Assembly: GCA_035943355.1 (NCBI GenBank)
Contig: DASZCG010000345.1
Span: 1 to 59,271 of the forward strand
Direction: 5' to 3'
Source of the DNA: Gemmatimonadales bacterium
Lineage (GTDB): Bacteria; Gemmatimonadota; Gemmatimonadetes; Gemmatimonadales; GWC2-71-9
DNA: 59,271 bases
Under the pieces are notes generated by a model. It had not been told where the DNA came from. It saw only the letters and a program-made list of their open reading frames with translations, and ran no database searches. Numbering within the stretch: position 1 is the stretch's first letter; every line of letters begins with the position of its first letter. Below, in pieces: positions 48,349-59,271 of the stretch. Both the position numbers and the translations under genes were made by a program.

Positions 48349-49670
48349 CTGCGACTGCTGCCGCGCCCACCGTGGTTGATACCCTTCTCGCCAAGGCGAA
48401 GGACCGCACCGCCGTATTCGGCGTCGTTGGACTCGGCTATGTCGGCTTGCCGCTCGCGATGGAGCTGGTCCGCGCCGGCTACCGCGTGCTGGGTTTCGAC
48501 GTGAATCCCCGGGTCGTCGATTCGCTGAACGTCGGCCACTCCCACATTCAGGACGTGCCCGACGCGTCGGTCGAAGCCGCGGTGCACGCGAACAAGTTCT
48601 CGGCCACCGCCGATCTCGGTCGTCTCAAAGAGCCCGACGTGATCTCGATCAGCGTGCCGACGCCGCTCTCCAAAACGAAGGACCCGGACGTGAGCTACGT
48701 GCTCGCGGCGACTGAGTCGGTGAAGCGCGCCCTGCGCAAGGGGCAGCTCGTGGTGCTCGAGTCGACGACGTATCCCGGCACGACGCGCGAGCTGATGCTG
48801 CCGTCGCTCGAGTCCACCGGTCTCAAGGTCGGTGAGGATTTCTTCCTGGCGTTTTCGCCTGAGCGCGTCGATCCGGGCAACGAGCGGTTCAACACCCGCA
48901 ACACCCCGAAGGTGGTGGGCGGCATCACGCCGGCATGTCTCAAGGTCGCGCTGGCGCTGTATCAGCCCGCGATCGATACGCTGGTGCCCGTGTCATCTCC
49001 CGAAGCGGCGGAGCTCGTGAAGATTCTCGAGAACACCTTCCGCAGCGTGAACATCGGGCTCGTCAACGAAATGGCGATCGTGTGCGACAAGCTCGGCGTC
49101 GACGTGTGGGACGTGATCGAGGCGGCGGCCACGAAGCCGTTCGGATTCATGAAGTTCACTCCGGGGCCGGGCGTCGGCGGGCACTGCATCCCGCTCGATC
49201 CACACTATCTCGCGTGGAAGATGCGGACGCTGAACTACAAGACGCGCTTCATCGAGCTCGCCGGCGAGTTGAACGCCGAAATGCCGGAGTTCTGGGTGGG
49301 GAAAGTGGTCGACGCTCTCAACCAGCAGAGCAAGGCCGTGCGCGGCAGCCGGGTGCTGCTGCTGGGCGTGGCCTACAAAAAGAACATCGACGACATCCGC
49401 GAGAGTCCGGCGCTCGATGTCATCCGCTTGCTGCATCAGCGCGGCGCCCAGGTGTCGTATCACGATCCCCACGTGCCGACGATCAAGGAGGACGCCATTA
49501 CGCTCTCCTCCCAGCCGTTGACCGCGGAAACGCTGCATGGCGCCGACTGCGTGATGATCATTACCGACCACAGCTCAGTGGACTACCAGCTTGTGAAGCG
49601 GCACGCGCGTGCCACCGTGGATACGCGGCACGTGCTGCCCCGTGAACCCAAGGGAGGAACGCGCGCGTGA
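48345..49670 (+). CDS. wbpA: UDP-N-acetyl-D-glucosamine (or -mannosamine) 6-dehydrogenase, WbpA-like
   Basis: 441-aa ORF. Contains VVGLGYVGLPLA and GPGVGGHCIPLDP. ATGA junction. Confidence 0.78.
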   Translation: MTATAAAPTVVDTLLAKAKDRTAVFGVVGLGYVGLPLAMELVRAGYRVLGFDVNPRVVDSLNVGHSHIQDVPDASVEAAVHANKFSATADLGRLKEPDVISISVPTPLSKTKDPDVSYVLAATESVKRALRKGQLVVLESTTYPGTTRELMLPSLESTGLKVGEDFFLAFSPERVDPGNERFNTRNTPKVVGGITPACLKVALALYQPAIDTLVPVSSPEAAELVKILENTFRSVNIGLVNEMAIVCDKLGVDVWDVIEAAATKPFGFMKFTPGPGVGGHCIPLDPHYLAWKMRTLNYKTRFIELAGELNAEMPEFWVGKVVDALNQQSKAVRGSRVLLLGVAYKKNIDDIRESPALDVIRLLHQRGAQVSYHDPHVPTIKEDAITLSSQPLTAETLHGADCVMIITDHSSVDYQLVKRHARATVDTRHVLPREPKGGTRA

Positions 49671-50983
49671 AGGTAGCCATTGTCGGCACCGGGTACGTAG
49701 GGCTCGTGGTGGGCGCGTGTCTCGCGGAGACCGGCAATGACGTGATGTGCGCCGACGTGGACGCGACCAAGATCGCCTCACTCAAGCAGAACAAGATTCC
49801 GATTTACGAGCCCGGGCTCGAGCCCATGGTCGTGCGTAACCAGCGCGAAGGCCGGCTCGGGTTCACGACCGACGTCGCGCAGGCGGTCGAGCACGCCGAG
49901 GTCATCTTCATCGCCGTGGGCACGCCGCCCGACGAGGACGGGTCGGCCGATCTCCAGCACGTACTCGCCGTGGCCCGGACCATCGGGCAGCACATGAACA
50001 ACTCCAAGCTCGTCGTCACGAAGAGCACGGTCCCGGTGGGGACAGCGGAGAAAGTGCGCGCCGAGATCGCGCGCCACACCACGACGCCGTTTCACGTCTG
50101 CTCCAACCCCGAGTTCCTGAAGGAAGGCGCGGCGGTCGAGGATTTCATGAAGCCGGACCGCGTTGTCGTAGGGGTGGATTCCGACCATGCTGCGAAAGTC
50201 ATCGAGGAGCTCTATGCGCCGTTCGTCCGCACCGGCAATCCGCTGATCGTGATGGACATCCCGTCGGCCGAGATGACCAAGTACGCGGCCAACGCCATGC
50301 TGGCGACACGCATCTCGTTCATGAACCAGGTCGCGCGGCTGTGCGAAGCGGTCGGCGCCGACGTGACGCACGTGCGCCGCGGCATCGGCAGCGACCGGCG
50401 TATCGGCCAGGCGTTCCTGTTTCCCGGCCCGGGCTACGGCGGCTCCTGTTTTCCCAAAGACGTCAAGGCGCTGATCCGCACCGCGACCGAGAACGACGTG
50501 CCGCTCGACGTCCTGCAGGCTGTCGAGTCGGCGAACGATGCCCAGAAGCACGTGCTGTTCGAGAAGCTGAAACGGCACCTCGGTCCCCTGAAGCAGAAAA
50601 CCGTCGCCGTCTGGGGGCTCGCGTTCAAAGCCGAGACCGACGACGTGCGCGAAAGTCCCGCGCTGGTGCTCGTGGAGGCGCTATTGTGCGAAGGCGTGCG
50701 GGTGCAGGTGCACGATCCGGCGGCCATAAAGACCGCGGCGCGACAACTCGGCTCGCGCGTCCAGTACGCGACGCACGCCTACGATGCCCTGAGCGGCGCC
50801 GATGCGCTGGCGATCGTGACAGAATGGCTGGAGTATCGCAACCCCGATTTTGCCCGGATGCAGCAGCTACTGAACCGGCCACTGATCGTTGATGGGCGCA
50901 ACCTGTACGACCCCGTCAAGCTGGGCCGGCTCGGATTTACCTACGATAGCATCGGCCGCCGGCTCGGATGCGCGTCCTCGTAA
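49667..50983 (+). CDS. ugd: UDP-glucose 6-dehydrogenase
   Basis: 438-aa ORF. Contains [13 protein letters not shown] and [17 protein letters not shown] junction. Confidence 0.9.
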   Translation: MKVAIVGTGYVGLVVGACLAETGNDVMCADVDATKIASLKQNKIPIYEPGLEPMVVRNQREGRLGFTTDVAQAVEHAEVIFIAVGTPPDEDGSADLQHVLAVARTIGQHMNNSKLVVTKSTVPVGTAEKVRAEIARHTTTPFHVCSNPEFLKEGAAVEDFMKPDRVVVGVDSDHAAKVIEELYAPFVRTGNPLIVMDIPSAEMTKYAANAMLATRISFMNQVARLCEAVGADVTHVRRGIGSDRRIGQAFLFPGPGYGGSCFPKDVKALIRTATENDVPLDVLQAVESANDAQKHVLFEKLKRHLGPLKQKTVAVWGLAFKAETDDVRESPALVLVEALLCEGVRVQVHDPAAIKTAARQLGSRVQYATHAYDALSGADALAIVTEWLEYRNPDFARMQQLLNRPLIVDGRNLYDPVKLGRLGFTYDSIGRRLGCASS

Positions 50984-51921
50984 CGGGCGCCGCCGGATTT
51001 CTCGGGTCGCATCTCGTCGACAAGTTCCTGGCACTCGGGTACGACGTGCTGGGAATGGACAATCACATCACCGGTAAGGCGGCGAACCTCGAGCATCTCG
51101 GCTCGCATCCGCGATTCCGCTTCGCCAACCAGGACGTCACGCGCTACATCGAAGTCGAAGGCCCGCTGGACGGCGTGCTGCATTTCGCCAGCCCCGCGAG
51201 CCCGGTCGACTACCTCGAGCTGCCGATCCAGACGCTGAAAGTGGGCGCCCTCGGCACCCACAAGGCACTCGGCTTGGCGATGGCGAAGCAGGCCCGTTTC
51301 CTGCTCGCCTCGACGTCGGAAGTCTACGGCGACCCACTGGTGCATCCGCAGCCGGAGTCGTACTGGGGCAACGTGAACCCCGTGGGGCCCCGCGGGGTGT
51401 ACGATGAGGCGAAACGTTTCGCCGAGGCCCTCACGATGGCCTACCACCGCTACCACGGACTCGACACCCGCATCGTGCGGATCTTCAACACGTACGGCCC
51501 GCGGATGCGGCCCAACGACGGACGTGTGGTCTCGAATTTCATCGTGCAGGCGCTGCGGGGAGAGCCGTTGACCGTGTATGGCGACGGATCCCAGACCCGC
51601 TCCTTCTGCTATGTCGATGACTTGATCGAGGGGATCGTCGGGCTGTTCGAGCGCGGCACGCCGGAGCCGACCAACATCGGCAATCCGTACGAATTCACGG
51701 TCCGCCAGCTCGCCGACCGTGTGCTGCAGTTGACCGGCAGCAAGAGCCCGGTGGTCGAGCGGCCGCTGCCCATCGATGATCCCCAGGTGCGCCAGCCCGA
51801 TATCGCGCGCGCGCGCGCGACGCTGGGATGGGAGCCGCAGGTGACGCTGGAAGACGGCCTGCGCCGCACGATCGAGTATTTCCGTGGCGTGGTGGCGCGC
51901 GAGGGAGCGGCGGCGCGATGA
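50968..51921 (+). CDS. uxs: UDP-glucuronate decarboxylase (UDP-xylose synthase)
   Basis: 317-aa ORF. Contains [41 protein letters not shown] and DGRVVSNF. Confidence 0.88.
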   Translation: MRVLVTGAAGFLGSHLVDKFLALGYDVLGMDNHITGKAANLEHLGSHPRFRFANQDVTRYIEVEGPLDGVLHFASPASPVDYLELPIQTLKVGALGTHKALGLAMAKQARFLLASTSEVYGDPLVHPQPESYWGNVNPVGPRGVYDEAKRFAEALTMAYHRYHGLDTRIVRIFNTYGPRMRPNDGRVVSNFIVQALRGEPLTVYGDGSQTRSFCYVDDLIEGIVGLFERGTPEPTNIGNPYEFTVRQLADRVLQLTGSKSPVVERPLPIDDPQVRQPDIARARATLGWEPQVTLEDGLRRTIEYFRGVVAREGAAAR

Positions 51922-52907
51922 GCCCGCACAAAGTCCTCCTGACCGGCGCTGCCGGCTTCATTGGCTCGCATCTCGGCGAAGCGTTGCTGGCGCGCGGAGT
52001 CCATGTCACCGGCGTCGACAACTTCGATGCGTTCTACGCGCGCGAGGTCAAGGAGCGGAATCTGCAGGGGATGAGCAAGCTCCCCGGCTTCACGTTCATC
52101 GAGGCGGATGTCGCCCGCGATCCGCTGCCGCTCGACGGCGTCGAAGCCATCATCCATCTCGCCGCCAAGCCGGGCGTGCGTCCGTCGCTCGAGGATCCCG
52201 GCTCCTATATGGAGGCGAACGTCACGGCCACGGCACGCCTGCTCGATGCGGCGCGGCGCACGGGTGTGACGCGCATCGTGTTTGGCTCGTCGTCGTCGGT
52301 ATACGGGAACGCGACGCCTGCGCCGTTCGACGAGGATGAGCCCGCGGTCTCACCCATTTCACCGTATGCCGCGAGCAAGCGGGCCGGCGAGCTGCTCGCG
52401 TACGCGTTCGCTCACCTCTATCCGTTGCGCATCATGTGCCTGCGCTTCTTCACAGTCTACGGGCCGCGACAGCGGCCGGATCTCGCCATCCACAAGTTCA
52501 CCGATCTCATCGCCCGGGGGCGGCCGATCCGGATGCATGGGGATGGGTCGAGCGAGCGCGACTATACCTATATTACCGACTGCCTCGATGGCGTCCTCGC
52601 CGGGCTCGAGTGGACGGCGACCGCCGGTCCCGGCAGCGTCGAGATCGTGAACATCGGCGGCGGCGCGCGGGTGCGACTCGACCGGCTTATCGAGCTGATC
52701 GCCGCCGCGCTTGGCCGCGAGCCCAACATCGAGCGGCATCCTGATCAACCGGGCGACGTGCGCCTGACGGACGCGGATCTGGAACACGCCGGACGCGTGC
52801 TCGGCTTCCGGCCCAAGGTCGGGATCGACGAAGGCATTCGCAAGTTCGTCACCTGGTACGAGGAGGTTCATGGACGTCAGTCCCGAGCGTCTAGTCGAGC
52901 AGGCTAA
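51918..52907 (+). CDS. NAD-dependent nucleotide-sugar epimerase (UDP-glucuronate 4-epimerase-like)
   Basis: Starts [19 protein letters not shown]. Contains [16 protein letters not shown] and [17 protein letters not shown] junction. Confidence 0.7.
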   Translation: MSPHKVLLTGAAGFIGSHLGEALLARGVHVTGVDNFDAFYAREVKERNLQGMSKLPGFTFIEADVARDPLPLDGVEAIIHLAAKPGVRPSLEDPGSYMEANVTATARLLDAARRTGVTRIVFGSSSSVYGNATPAPFDEDEPAVSPISPYAASKRAGELLAYAFAHLYPLRIMCLRFFTVYGPRQRPDLAIHKFTDLIARGRPIRMHGDGSSERDYTYITDCLDGVLAGLEWTATAGPGSVEIVNIGGGARVRLDRLIELIAAALGREPNIERHPDQPGDVRLTDADLEHAGRVLGFRPKVGIDEGIRKFVTWYEEVHGRQSRASSRAG

Positions 52908-53649
52908 CGAGCGCTTCCAGCTGCAGGACTATTACGGTGCGATTCACCTGCTCGAAGAGGTTGTCGCGACCGGCCGCGCGTTTGCGGACGCGCATCATCT
53001 GCTGGGGCTCTCGTACTCGCTCGTGGGGCAGCCGGACACGGCGCTGGAGCAGCTCGATCGCGCGCTCGCGCTGAATCCCAACTACATCGAAGCGTTGATT
53101 CACCGCGCGCTCGTCCTCAACGAGCTGGGGCGCGAAGAAGAGGCGAATGCCGTGTTGCGGCGGGCCCGGCAGATCACCACGGAACGCCGGGGCGGCTTTC
53201 ACGGCCACGTCGCGGCCAAGCTCGCCAATCAGCATGCGGCGATGGGGCAAGCCTACGTGGAGGCGGGCGGGCTCAACGAGGCGATCGCGCAGTATGAAGC
53301 CGCGCTCGCGCTCGGTCCCGGATTCCACGACCTGCGCTACAGGCTCGGACGGCTGTTGCTCGAAGCGGGACGCGCGCTCGATGCGCACGAGCACTTCCAG
53401 CGCATCGTGCGCGAGCGTCCCTCGTTCCTCGATGCCGCCGCGATGCTGGGACTCGCCTGTTACCTGGCGGGCGACGGCTTGGGCGCGCGGGCCGTGTGGG
53501 AAGAGCTGCGCACCAGACGGCCGGAGGATCCCCGCGTAGAAGCCTACCTCGCGCTTCTGTCCCGCTCCGACGTCATCCCGGTAGGCGCCGGCGCCGCTCA
53601 GGACGAGATGCCGGACGAGCCAGCGCCGAAAAAGAAGAAAAAGAAGTGA
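52870..53649 (+). CDS. TPR-repeat protein with a C-terminal hexa-lysine tail
   Basis: 259-aa ORF. GAGGAGG SD, TPR-like AxxxLGxAY periodicity, ends PAPKKKKKK. Confidence 0.75.
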   Translation: MDVSPERLVEQANERFQLQDYYGAIHLLEEVVATGRAFADAHHLLGLSYSLVGQPDTALEQLDRALALNPNYIEALIHRALVLNELGREEEANAVLRRARQITTERRGGFHGHVAAKLANQHAAMGQAYVEAGGLNEAIAQYEAALALGPGFHDLRYRLGRLLLEAGRALDAHEHFQRIVRERPSFLDAAAMLGLACYLAGDGLGARAVWEELRTRRPEDPRVEAYLALLSRSDVIPVGAGAAQDEMPDEPAPKKKKKK

Positions 53650-54539
53650 GACGCGCCGGGATCACGCTGCTGCTGCTCGTCGTTTCGTGCACGCGGTCCG
53701 CGGCCAACCACGAGGAGCTCGGCGACCGCGCGTACGCGGCTGGCCTGTATGTGGACGCGCTCGCGGAGTACGACCTCGCCCGCAAAGCGAATACGGGCAG
53801 CGCTGGCTTGCTCGCGAAGGTCGGGGCGTCCGCCATGCACGCCGAGGATTACGACCTCGCGGCGGACGCCTTCCGCACCCTCGCCAAGCGCGATCGCTCG
53901 CGCGCGGACGAGGCGGCCGACGGGCTGGACCGGGTAGCGCGCGCCGCCCTCACGGCCAACGATCGGACGGCCCTGGCGAGCGCCCTGACCGGCCTGCGCG
54001 AGGTGGCCCCGCGGCGCCCGCTGGGCCGCTACGTGGTGCTGGCGGCTCTCGATGCGGTCGATCGCGGCGATACGGCCGAAGCGGCGGCCCTGTTGCCTGT
54101 TGCCGCGGCGTCGGCCGTCGACGCGGCCCGCTCCGACTCGCTACTGTACCTATACGGGATGACGCTTGTCCGGGTCAGAGATTGCAGCACTGCCGTGCGC
54201 GTCTTTGAAGGGGTGATCCGGCGGCAGCGCGCGGCGTCGGTGGTCGAGTCGGCGCGGGAAGGGTTGGGACTGTGTGCCCTCGTCGAGGGACAGATGGCGC
54301 TCGAGAACAACCGGCCGGGCGACGCGGAGGGATGGTTCCGTCGCGCGACGGCTCCGGGAGCATCGCCGGACGTCGTGCGAGCCGCGTTCCTCGGACTTGG
54401 CGATGTGCGGCTCGCGCAGGGCGATATCGCCGGGGCCATGGAGAGTTATCAGCAGGCGCTCGCCGGCGGTACGCCGGGCGATACGATTTCACAGCGGGCG
54501 CAGGAAAAGCTCAACGCATTGGGAAAGGCTGAGCCGTAA
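53646..54539 (+). CDS. Ala-rich TPR-like lipoprotein
   Basis: GTGA junction. Starts VRRAGITLLLLVVSC (lipobox). Helical-repeat composition. Confidence 0.6.
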   Translation: MRRAGITLLLLVVSCTRSAANHEELGDRAYAAGLYVDALAEYDLARKANTGSAGLLAKVGASAMHAEDYDLAADAFRTLAKRDRSRADEAADGLDRVARAALTANDRTALASALTGLREVAPRRPLGRYVVLAALDAVDRGDTAEAAALLPVAAASAVDAARSDSLLYLYGMTLVRVRDCSTAVRVFEGVIRRQRAASVVESAREGLGLCALVEGQMALENNRPGDAEGWFRRATAPGASPDVVRAAFLGLGDVRLAQGDIAGAMESYQQALAGGTPGDTISQRAQEKLNALGKAEP

Positions 54540-55315
54540 TGCGGATGCAGGAAAAGATCGGGATATTGGCGTTGTGCGGGCTGCTGGGAACGACGGCTGC
54601 CTGCGGCCGGCGCGCGGCGAAGCAGCCGCCTCCGGCGCCGGATCCGGCCGTCGGCCTCGATCGCGCGATGCAGCACTTCCGGCGGGGCGATTTCCGGCAC
54701 GCCCAGTTGGACCTGCAGCACTTGACGTACGAATACGGACCCGGTCAGCCGGAGCTGGCGCAGGTCCGCTATTACCTCGCCGAGTGCTCGTTCCAGGTAG
54801 GGGAGTACGTTCAGGCGGCGTCCGACTTCCGCAAGGTCGCGGACGATTTTTCGACCTCCGAGTACGCGCCGAGCGCGTTGCTGCGTGCCGGCGACGCCAA
54901 TCTGAAGCTGTGGCATCGCCCCGAGCTCGATCCGAGTTACGGGGAGACCGCGCTGGCGATCTACCAGGAGCTGGCAGCCCGCTATCCGGAGAGTGAGGCG
55001 GCGGGGCGCGCGCGTCCCCACGTCCAGCGACTCGAAAACCAATTTGCAGAGAAGGCCTATAAGACCGGCCTGTTCTACTTCCGCCGCAAGGCATTCGATT
55101 CGGCCATCATCTACTTCAAGGACGTGATCGCCAACCACCCGAATGCCGCGCGCGCGCCCGACGCGCTGCTGCGGCTGGTGGACAGCTATCACGCCATTGG
55201 CTACAAAGAGGAGATGCAGGAGACCTGCGCGCATCTGCGGCGCTACTACCCGAGCGCGGCGCGGCTCGACCGCAGCTGTCCCGTGGTCGCGGACTCCAGC
55301 GCGACGCCGTCCTGA
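54539..55315 (+). CDS. bamD: Outer membrane protein assembly factor BamD (YfiO-like TPR lipoprotein)
   Basis: 258-aa ORF. Lipobox LGTTAAC. Contains YYLAECSFQVGEY, AEKAYKTGLFYFRRKAFDSAIIYFKDVI and LLRLVDSYHAIG. Confidence 0.8.
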   Translation: MRMQEKIGILALCGLLGTTAACGRRAAKQPPPAPDPAVGLDRAMQHFRRGDFRHAQLDLQHLTYEYGPGQPELAQVRYYLAECSFQVGEYVQAASDFRKVADDFSTSEYAPSALLRAGDANLKLWHRPELDPSYGETALAIYQELAARYPESEAAGRARPHVQRLENQFAEKAYKTGLFYFRRKAFDSAIIYFKDVIANHPNAARAPDALLRLVDSYHAIGYKEEMQETCAHLRRYYPSAARLDRSCPVVADSSATPS

Positions 55316-55320
55316 ACGGT

Positions 55321-55887
55321 GTGAACGCGCTGTTCGGGGGATCGTTCGACCCCGTCCATGTGGCGCATTTGATCGTGGCGGAAGCGGCGGCCGACGCCCT
55401 CGGCAACGGTTCCTCGATTCGCTTCTTGCCGGCCCGGGAGCAGCCTTTCAAGCGCGCGGCGCACCAGGCGACCCCCGAGCAGCGCGCCGAAATGCTGGAT
55501 CTGGCGGTGCAGGGCAATCCGCGGCTGCGGGTCGAGCGCGTGGAGCTCGGCTTGCCAACGCCCTCGTATACCGTACGCACGCTGCGGGCGCTGGCGGAGC
55601 GGGAGAGGGGGAACCGGTTCACGTTATTGCTGGGGGCGGATGCGGCCCGCGACCTGGCCGCCTGGTGGGAAGTGGAAGCCCTGCCTGGGCTCGCCGACAT
55701 TGTCGTGTTCGCCCGGCCCGGGGCGACGGTCCCGCGACACCCCCTCATCAGCAGGGTGATCCCGGTACCAACCATTGACCTGTCCGCTACCCAGGTCCGC
55801 GAGCGTGTCAAGCAAGGGCGTTCGATTCGATATTTAGTGCCTGAGCCGGTCCGCGAGTACATCGCGGCCCGGGGGCTCTATCGCTAG
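55321..55887 (+). CDS. nadD: Nicotinate-nucleotide adenylyltransferase
   Basis: 188-aa ORF. Contains FGGSFDPVHVAHL and ISATQVRERV. Confidence 0.88.
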   Translation: MNALFGGSFDPVHVAHLIVAEAAADALGNGSSIRFLPAREQPFKRAAHQATPEQRAEMLDLAVQGNPRLRVERVELGLPTPSYTVRTLRALAERERGNRFTLLLGADAARDLAAWWEVEALPGLADIVVFARPGATVPRHPLISRVIPVPTIDLSATQVRERVKQGRSIRYLVPEPVREYIAARGLYR

Positions 55888-55893
55888 AGGGAT

Positions 55894-58800
55894 ATGCCAA
55901 ATCGTCTGTTCACAAGAATCTTCGGGACGCGATTCGACCGCGAGCTGAAGCGCATCCAGCCGATCGTGGATGCGATTCATACGCACGAGGCGCGCCTCAA
56001 GGATCTCAGCGACAGCGAGCTTCAGGCACAGACCGCCAAGTTCCGCGAGATAATCGCCCAGCGTACCGGAGCGCTCCACGCGGAGGTCGAGCGCGTCAAG
56101 CAGGAGAAGCACGACTGCCCTGACCCCGAGAAGCGCGCCGATCTCAGCAGCCAGCTGGCGAAGGCGGAAGAGACGTTCGTCAAGGAGCTGCAGCGCACCC
56201 TCGACGATCTGCTGCCCGAGGCATTCGCGACCGTCCGCGAAGCCTCGCGCCGGCTGCTCGGGAGCGAGGTGATAGTCACCGCGCACCCGCTGAAGTGGGA
56301 CATGGTGCCGTACGACGTGCAGCTGATCGGCGGCATCGTGCTGCATCAGGGCAAGATCGCGGAAATGGCGACGGGTGAGGGAAAGACGCTGGTCGCGACG
56401 TTGCCGCTGTACCTCAACGCGCTCGCGGGGCGGGGGACGCACCTCGTCACCGTCAACAATTACCTCGCGCGGCGCGACTCGCAGTGGATGGGCCACCTCT
56501 TCACGTGGCTCGGCCTGACGGTCGGCTGTATCGACGACACGCAGCCGTCGACGCCGGAACGGCGTGCGGCCTACCAATGCGACATCACCTACGGTACGAA
56601 CAACGAATTCGGCTTCGACTATCTGCGTGACAATATGGTGTTCAGCCTGGAGCACCGCGTCCAGCGCGGCCATGTGTACGCGATCATCGACGAAGTCGAT
56701 TCGATTCTGATCGACGAAGCCCGGACACCCCTGATCATCTCGGGTCCGGTCGGCGCCGAATCCGACGAGAAATACGCGCAGTACAACGCGCAGGTCGTGC
56801 AGCTCGTTCGCAAGCAGACGTCGATCGTGAATGACCTGATCGCCCGCAGTGAGCCGCTGCTGCAAAGTTCCGACACCAACTACGAGGGCGCGAAGCTGCT
56901 CTACAAGGCGCAGCTGGGCATGCCCAAGAACAAGAAGCTGCTGAAGCTGCTCAACGAACAAGGTGTCAAGCAGCTCGTGCAGCGGGTCGAGCTCGACCGC
57001 CTCGCCGACCGCAAGCTTCCCGCGCGTGACCAGAAGATGCGGGACGTCGAGGACGACTTGTTCTTCGTCATGGACGAGCGCGGCCGTTCGGTGCACCTGA
57101 CCGATCAGGGCGTCGAAACGATGTCCCCGCAGGATCCGACGCTGTTCGTGGTGCCCGACATCTCGCACGCCGTACACGAGCTCGAGCACGATCAGGATCT
57201 GACGCCGGCCGAGCGAATCGAGCGCCGCCGCGTCGTCGAAGCCGAGTACGCCGCGAAGAGCGAGACGCTGCACATCATCCACAAGCTGCTGCAAGCGCAC
57301 GCGCTGTACGAGAAGGACGTCGAGTACGTCGTGCAGGACGGGCAAGTCTTCATCGTGGACGAGTTCACCGGCCGGCTGATGGCGGGCCGCCGCTGGTCCG
57401 ACGGTCTGCACCAGGCGGTCGAGGCGAAGGAAAGCGTGACGGTGCGCGAGGAGACCCAGACGCTCGCGACCATCACGATTCAGAACTACTTCCGTATGTA
57501 CGAGAAGCTCGCCGGCATGACGGGCACCGCCGAGACGGAAGAAACCGAATTCCATCAGATCTACAAGCTCGACGTCTCGGTGATTCCGACGAACCGGCCG
57601 GTGCGGCGCGTGGACAAACACGACCTCGTCTTCAAGACGCGCAAGGAGAAGTACGACGCAATCATGGAAGAGGTCGAGCGCCAGCATAAGCGGGGTCTGC
57701 CGATTCTGGTGGGCACGACGAACGTCGATGTGTCGGAGACGCTGGCCCGTCTGATGAAACGGCGAGGGCTGAAGCATGAGGTGCTGAACGCCAAGTACCA
57801 TGAGCGCGAAGCGGAGATCGTCGCGCAGGCGGGACAGCCCGGCTCGATCACGATCGCGACCAACATGGCGGGCCGCGGCACCGACATCAAACTCGGCCCC
57901 GGCGTCAAGAAGTGTCAGGTGTGCGGCATCAAGTCGCGCGAGGCGCCGTTCGGCCAGATGTTGGAAAAGCCCGACTTTACCGACGCCCAGCTGAAAGAGC
58001 ATAAGTGCAATGAAGATCCCCCGTGCGGCCTCGTCATCATCGGGACGGAGCGGCACGAGGCTCGGCGCATCGACCGCCAGCTGCGCGGCCGGTCGGGACG
58101 CCAGGGCGATCCCGGCCAGAGCATTTTCTACCTGTCGCTCGAAGACGACCTCATGCGGCTGTTCGGGTCGGACCGGATTGCGCGCATCATGGACCGCACC
58201 GGCGCCGAGGAGGGTGAGGTCATCACCCACCCATGGGTCACGGCCGCCATTGGTCAGGCGCAGAAGCGCGTCGAGCTGCAGAACTTCCAGGCTCGCAAGC
58301 GGCTGCTGCAGTTCGACGAAGTCATGAACGAGCAGCGGGCGGTCATTTACTCGCAGCGGCTCTATGCGCTCGAAGGCGGTGAAGAGCTGAAGGCCGAGGC
58401 CCAGCGGATGATCGACGGCGCGGTCGAGCGTCTGGCCGACGGCTTGATCGCGCAGTACGACGATCCCGGGCGGTGGGACCGCGAGCTGATCGAAACCGAG
58501 TTCCTGCAGAAATTCCTGATCTCGATCCCGGGCGTAACCGATCCCGCCAAGGTCAGGACGCGCGAGGAGCTGGTGCGCGCGGCGCAACACGCGGGACGCG
58601 ACGCGTTCCAGGAAAAGCTCCGCTATTTGCGCGATATCGAGTCGCGCATCGGTGCGACGAAGCTCGACGAGCAGGCGTTGTCACACGTGACGCTCGGCGT
58701 GAGCGACGAAAAGTGGAAAGACCATCTGTACGACCTCGATCAGCTCCGCGAAGGCATCTACTATCGCGCCTGGGGACAGAAGGACCCCCTGGTCGAGTAC

Positions 58801-59193
58801 AAGCAGGAAGCCTTCGAGATGTTCGTGGGCTTGATGAACGATCTCCAGGCTACGTTCGCCGAGCGCTGGCTCAAGCTGCAGATCCAGGTCGATCCGCCAC
58901 CGCCTCCCGGAATGCAACGCGGTCCCAGTCGCGGGGTGACGGGACCGGCGGGTGGCCTGCCGGGAGCGAGCCGTCGTCAGACGCCCATGGTCGCCTCGAA
59001 ACCCGCGGCGGATGGTCTCGTCACCACCGGCGAGCCTCCGCCACCGTCAGTCCAGCGTGGTGACGGCCGGAGGGCAGGAGGTGTGGCCGAGCCGGCGTTT
59101 GCGGCGAATCCCTACGCTGGCGTCGGACGCAACGACCCGTGCCCGTGCGGCAGTGGCAAGAAGTTCAAGAAATGCCACGGAGCGGCCGCGTAG
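55894..59193 (+). CDS. secA: Preprotein translocase ATPase SecA
   Basis: 1099-aa ORF. Contains [40 protein letters not shown] and [25 protein letters not shown], with a C-terminal Zn motif [14 protein letters not shown]. Confidence 0.98.
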   Translation: MPNRLFTRIFGTRFDRELKRIQPIVDAIHTHEARLKDLSDSELQAQTAKFREIIAQRTGALHAEVERVKQEKHDCPDPEKRADLSSQLAKAEETFVKELQRTLDDLLPEAFATVREASRRLLGSEVIVTAHPLKWDMVPYDVQLIGGIVLHQGKIAEMATGEGKTLVATLPLYLNALAGRGTHLVTVNNYLARRDSQWMGHLFTWLGLTVGCIDDTQPSTPERRAAYQCDITYGTNNEFGFDYLRDNMVFSLEHRVQRGHVYAIIDEVDSILIDEARTPLIISGPVGAESDEKYAQYNAQVVQLVRKQTSIVNDLIARSEPLLQSSDTNYEGAKLLYKAQLGMPKNKKLLKLLNEQGVKQLVQRVELDRLADRKLPARDQKMRDVEDDLFFVMDERGRSVHLTDQGVETMSPQDPTLFVVPDISHAVHELEHDQDLTPAERIERRRVVEAEYAAKSETLHIIHKLLQAHALYEKDVEYVVQDGQVFIVDEFTGRLMAGRRWSDGLHQAVEAKESVTVREETQTLATITIQNYFRMYEKLAGMTGTAETEETEFHQIYKLDVSVIPTNRPVRRVDKHDLVFKTRKEKYDAIMEEVERQHKRGLPILVGTTNVDVSETLARLMKRRGLKHEVLNAKYHEREAEIVAQAGQPGSITIATNMAGRGTDIKLGPGVKKCQVCGIKSREAPFGQMLEKPDFTDAQLKEHKCNEDPPCGLVIIGTERHEARRIDRQLRGRSGRQGDPGQSIFYLSLEDDLMRLFGSDRIARIMDRTGAEEGEVITHPWVTAAIGQAQKRVELQNFQARKRLLQFDEVMNEQRAVIYSQRLYALEGGEELKAEAQRMIDGAVERLADGLIAQYDDPGRWDRELIETEFLQKFLISIPGVTDPAKVRTREELVRAAQHAGRDAFQEKLRYLRDIESRIGATKLDEQALSHVTLGVSDEKWKDHLYDLDQLREGIYYRAWGQKDPLVEYKQEAFEMFVGLMNDLQATFAERWLKLQIQVDPPPPPGMQRGPSRGVTGPAGGLPGASRRQTPMVASKPAADGLVTTGEPPPPSVQRGDGRRAGGVAEPAFAANPYAGVGRNDPCPCGSGKKFKKCHGAAA

Positions 59194-59201
59194 AAAAGAG
59201 C

Positions 59202-59227
59202 GAGGGGCACGAATCATCGTGCCCCTC
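59202..59227 (+). terminator. Perfect 11-bp hairpin (GAGGGGCACGA-atca-TCGTGCCCCTC) 9 nt after the secA stop; no U tract
   Basis: Inverted repeat read directly. It is followed by CTCGTTCG rather than a T run. Confidence 0.5.
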
Positions 59228-59271
59228 CTCGTTCGACGCTGCGTCGGTTTAGCGCGGCGTCAGCACTGAAC

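Noticed and set aside
55834-58590. 918-aa ORF antisense to secA
   Set aside because: Same reasoning. It overlaps nadD and secA, and its composition is Arg/Leu/Asp-biased and unprotein-like.
59228-59271. Possible 3' end of a minus-strand gene (TAA at 59249-59251) at the right edge
   Set aside because: Only about 7 codons are visible, which is too little to support a feature.

Overview
High-GC window (roughly two-thirds G+C by eye, not computed) that reads as core chromosome of a diderm bacterium. Gene content (BamD, exported peptidoglycan hydrolases, membrane H+-PPase, many TPR lipoproteins) suggests Gemmatimonadota or a relative, but that is inference only. I can support about 65 protein genes, one tRNA-Leu(CAG), two clear hairpin terminators and a few sigma70-like promoters. 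I saw no rRNA, CRISPR array, transposase, integrase, prophage or recognisable defence system. Gene order: AmiE-like/NagZ/NamZ peptidoglycan-recycling trio; lipoprotein plus PD40 propeller; CDP-alcohol phosphatidyltransferase and myo-inositol-1-phosphate synthase flanking a frameshifted FG-GAP/ASPIC gene; H+-PPase; copper module (cupredoxin-like, CopA, CopZ); a 13-gene gap-free chain (2-oxoacid dehydrogenase E1a/E1b/E2, two small unknowns, PHP phosphoesterase, peroxiredoxin, two SDRs, unknown Rossmann protein, DUF309, TrxB, MBL hydrolase); cupin, aspartase, Rrf2, MoeZ; tRNA-Leu, smpB, amidase, pyrD, pyrF; rpmJ-rpsM-rpsK-rpsD-rpoA-rplQ, rpmB; a nucleotide-sugar block (gmd, rmd, wbpD/E/B/A, ugd, uxs, epimerase) interrupted by carB and murB; TPR proteins, bamD, nadD, secA. 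The strongest candidate for something missed by routine annotation is a Bcp-type peroxiredoxin. Its only possible redox residue is encoded by an in-frame TGA at the peroxidatic Cys position, followed by a SECIS-like hairpin, so it is a probable selenoprotein. Other notable points: a bipartite 9+15-nt motif repeated upstream of both inositol-lipid genes, with a weaker copy before the PPase; two genes whose essential N-terminal motifs lie upstream of any ATG/GTG/TTG (ATT/CTG reinitiation candidates); a leaderless-type promoter on the Rrf2 gene. About 23 start/stop junctions are of ATGA/GTGA type. I did not find a convincing new multi-gene system; everything here is from reading the sequence, with no database searches.
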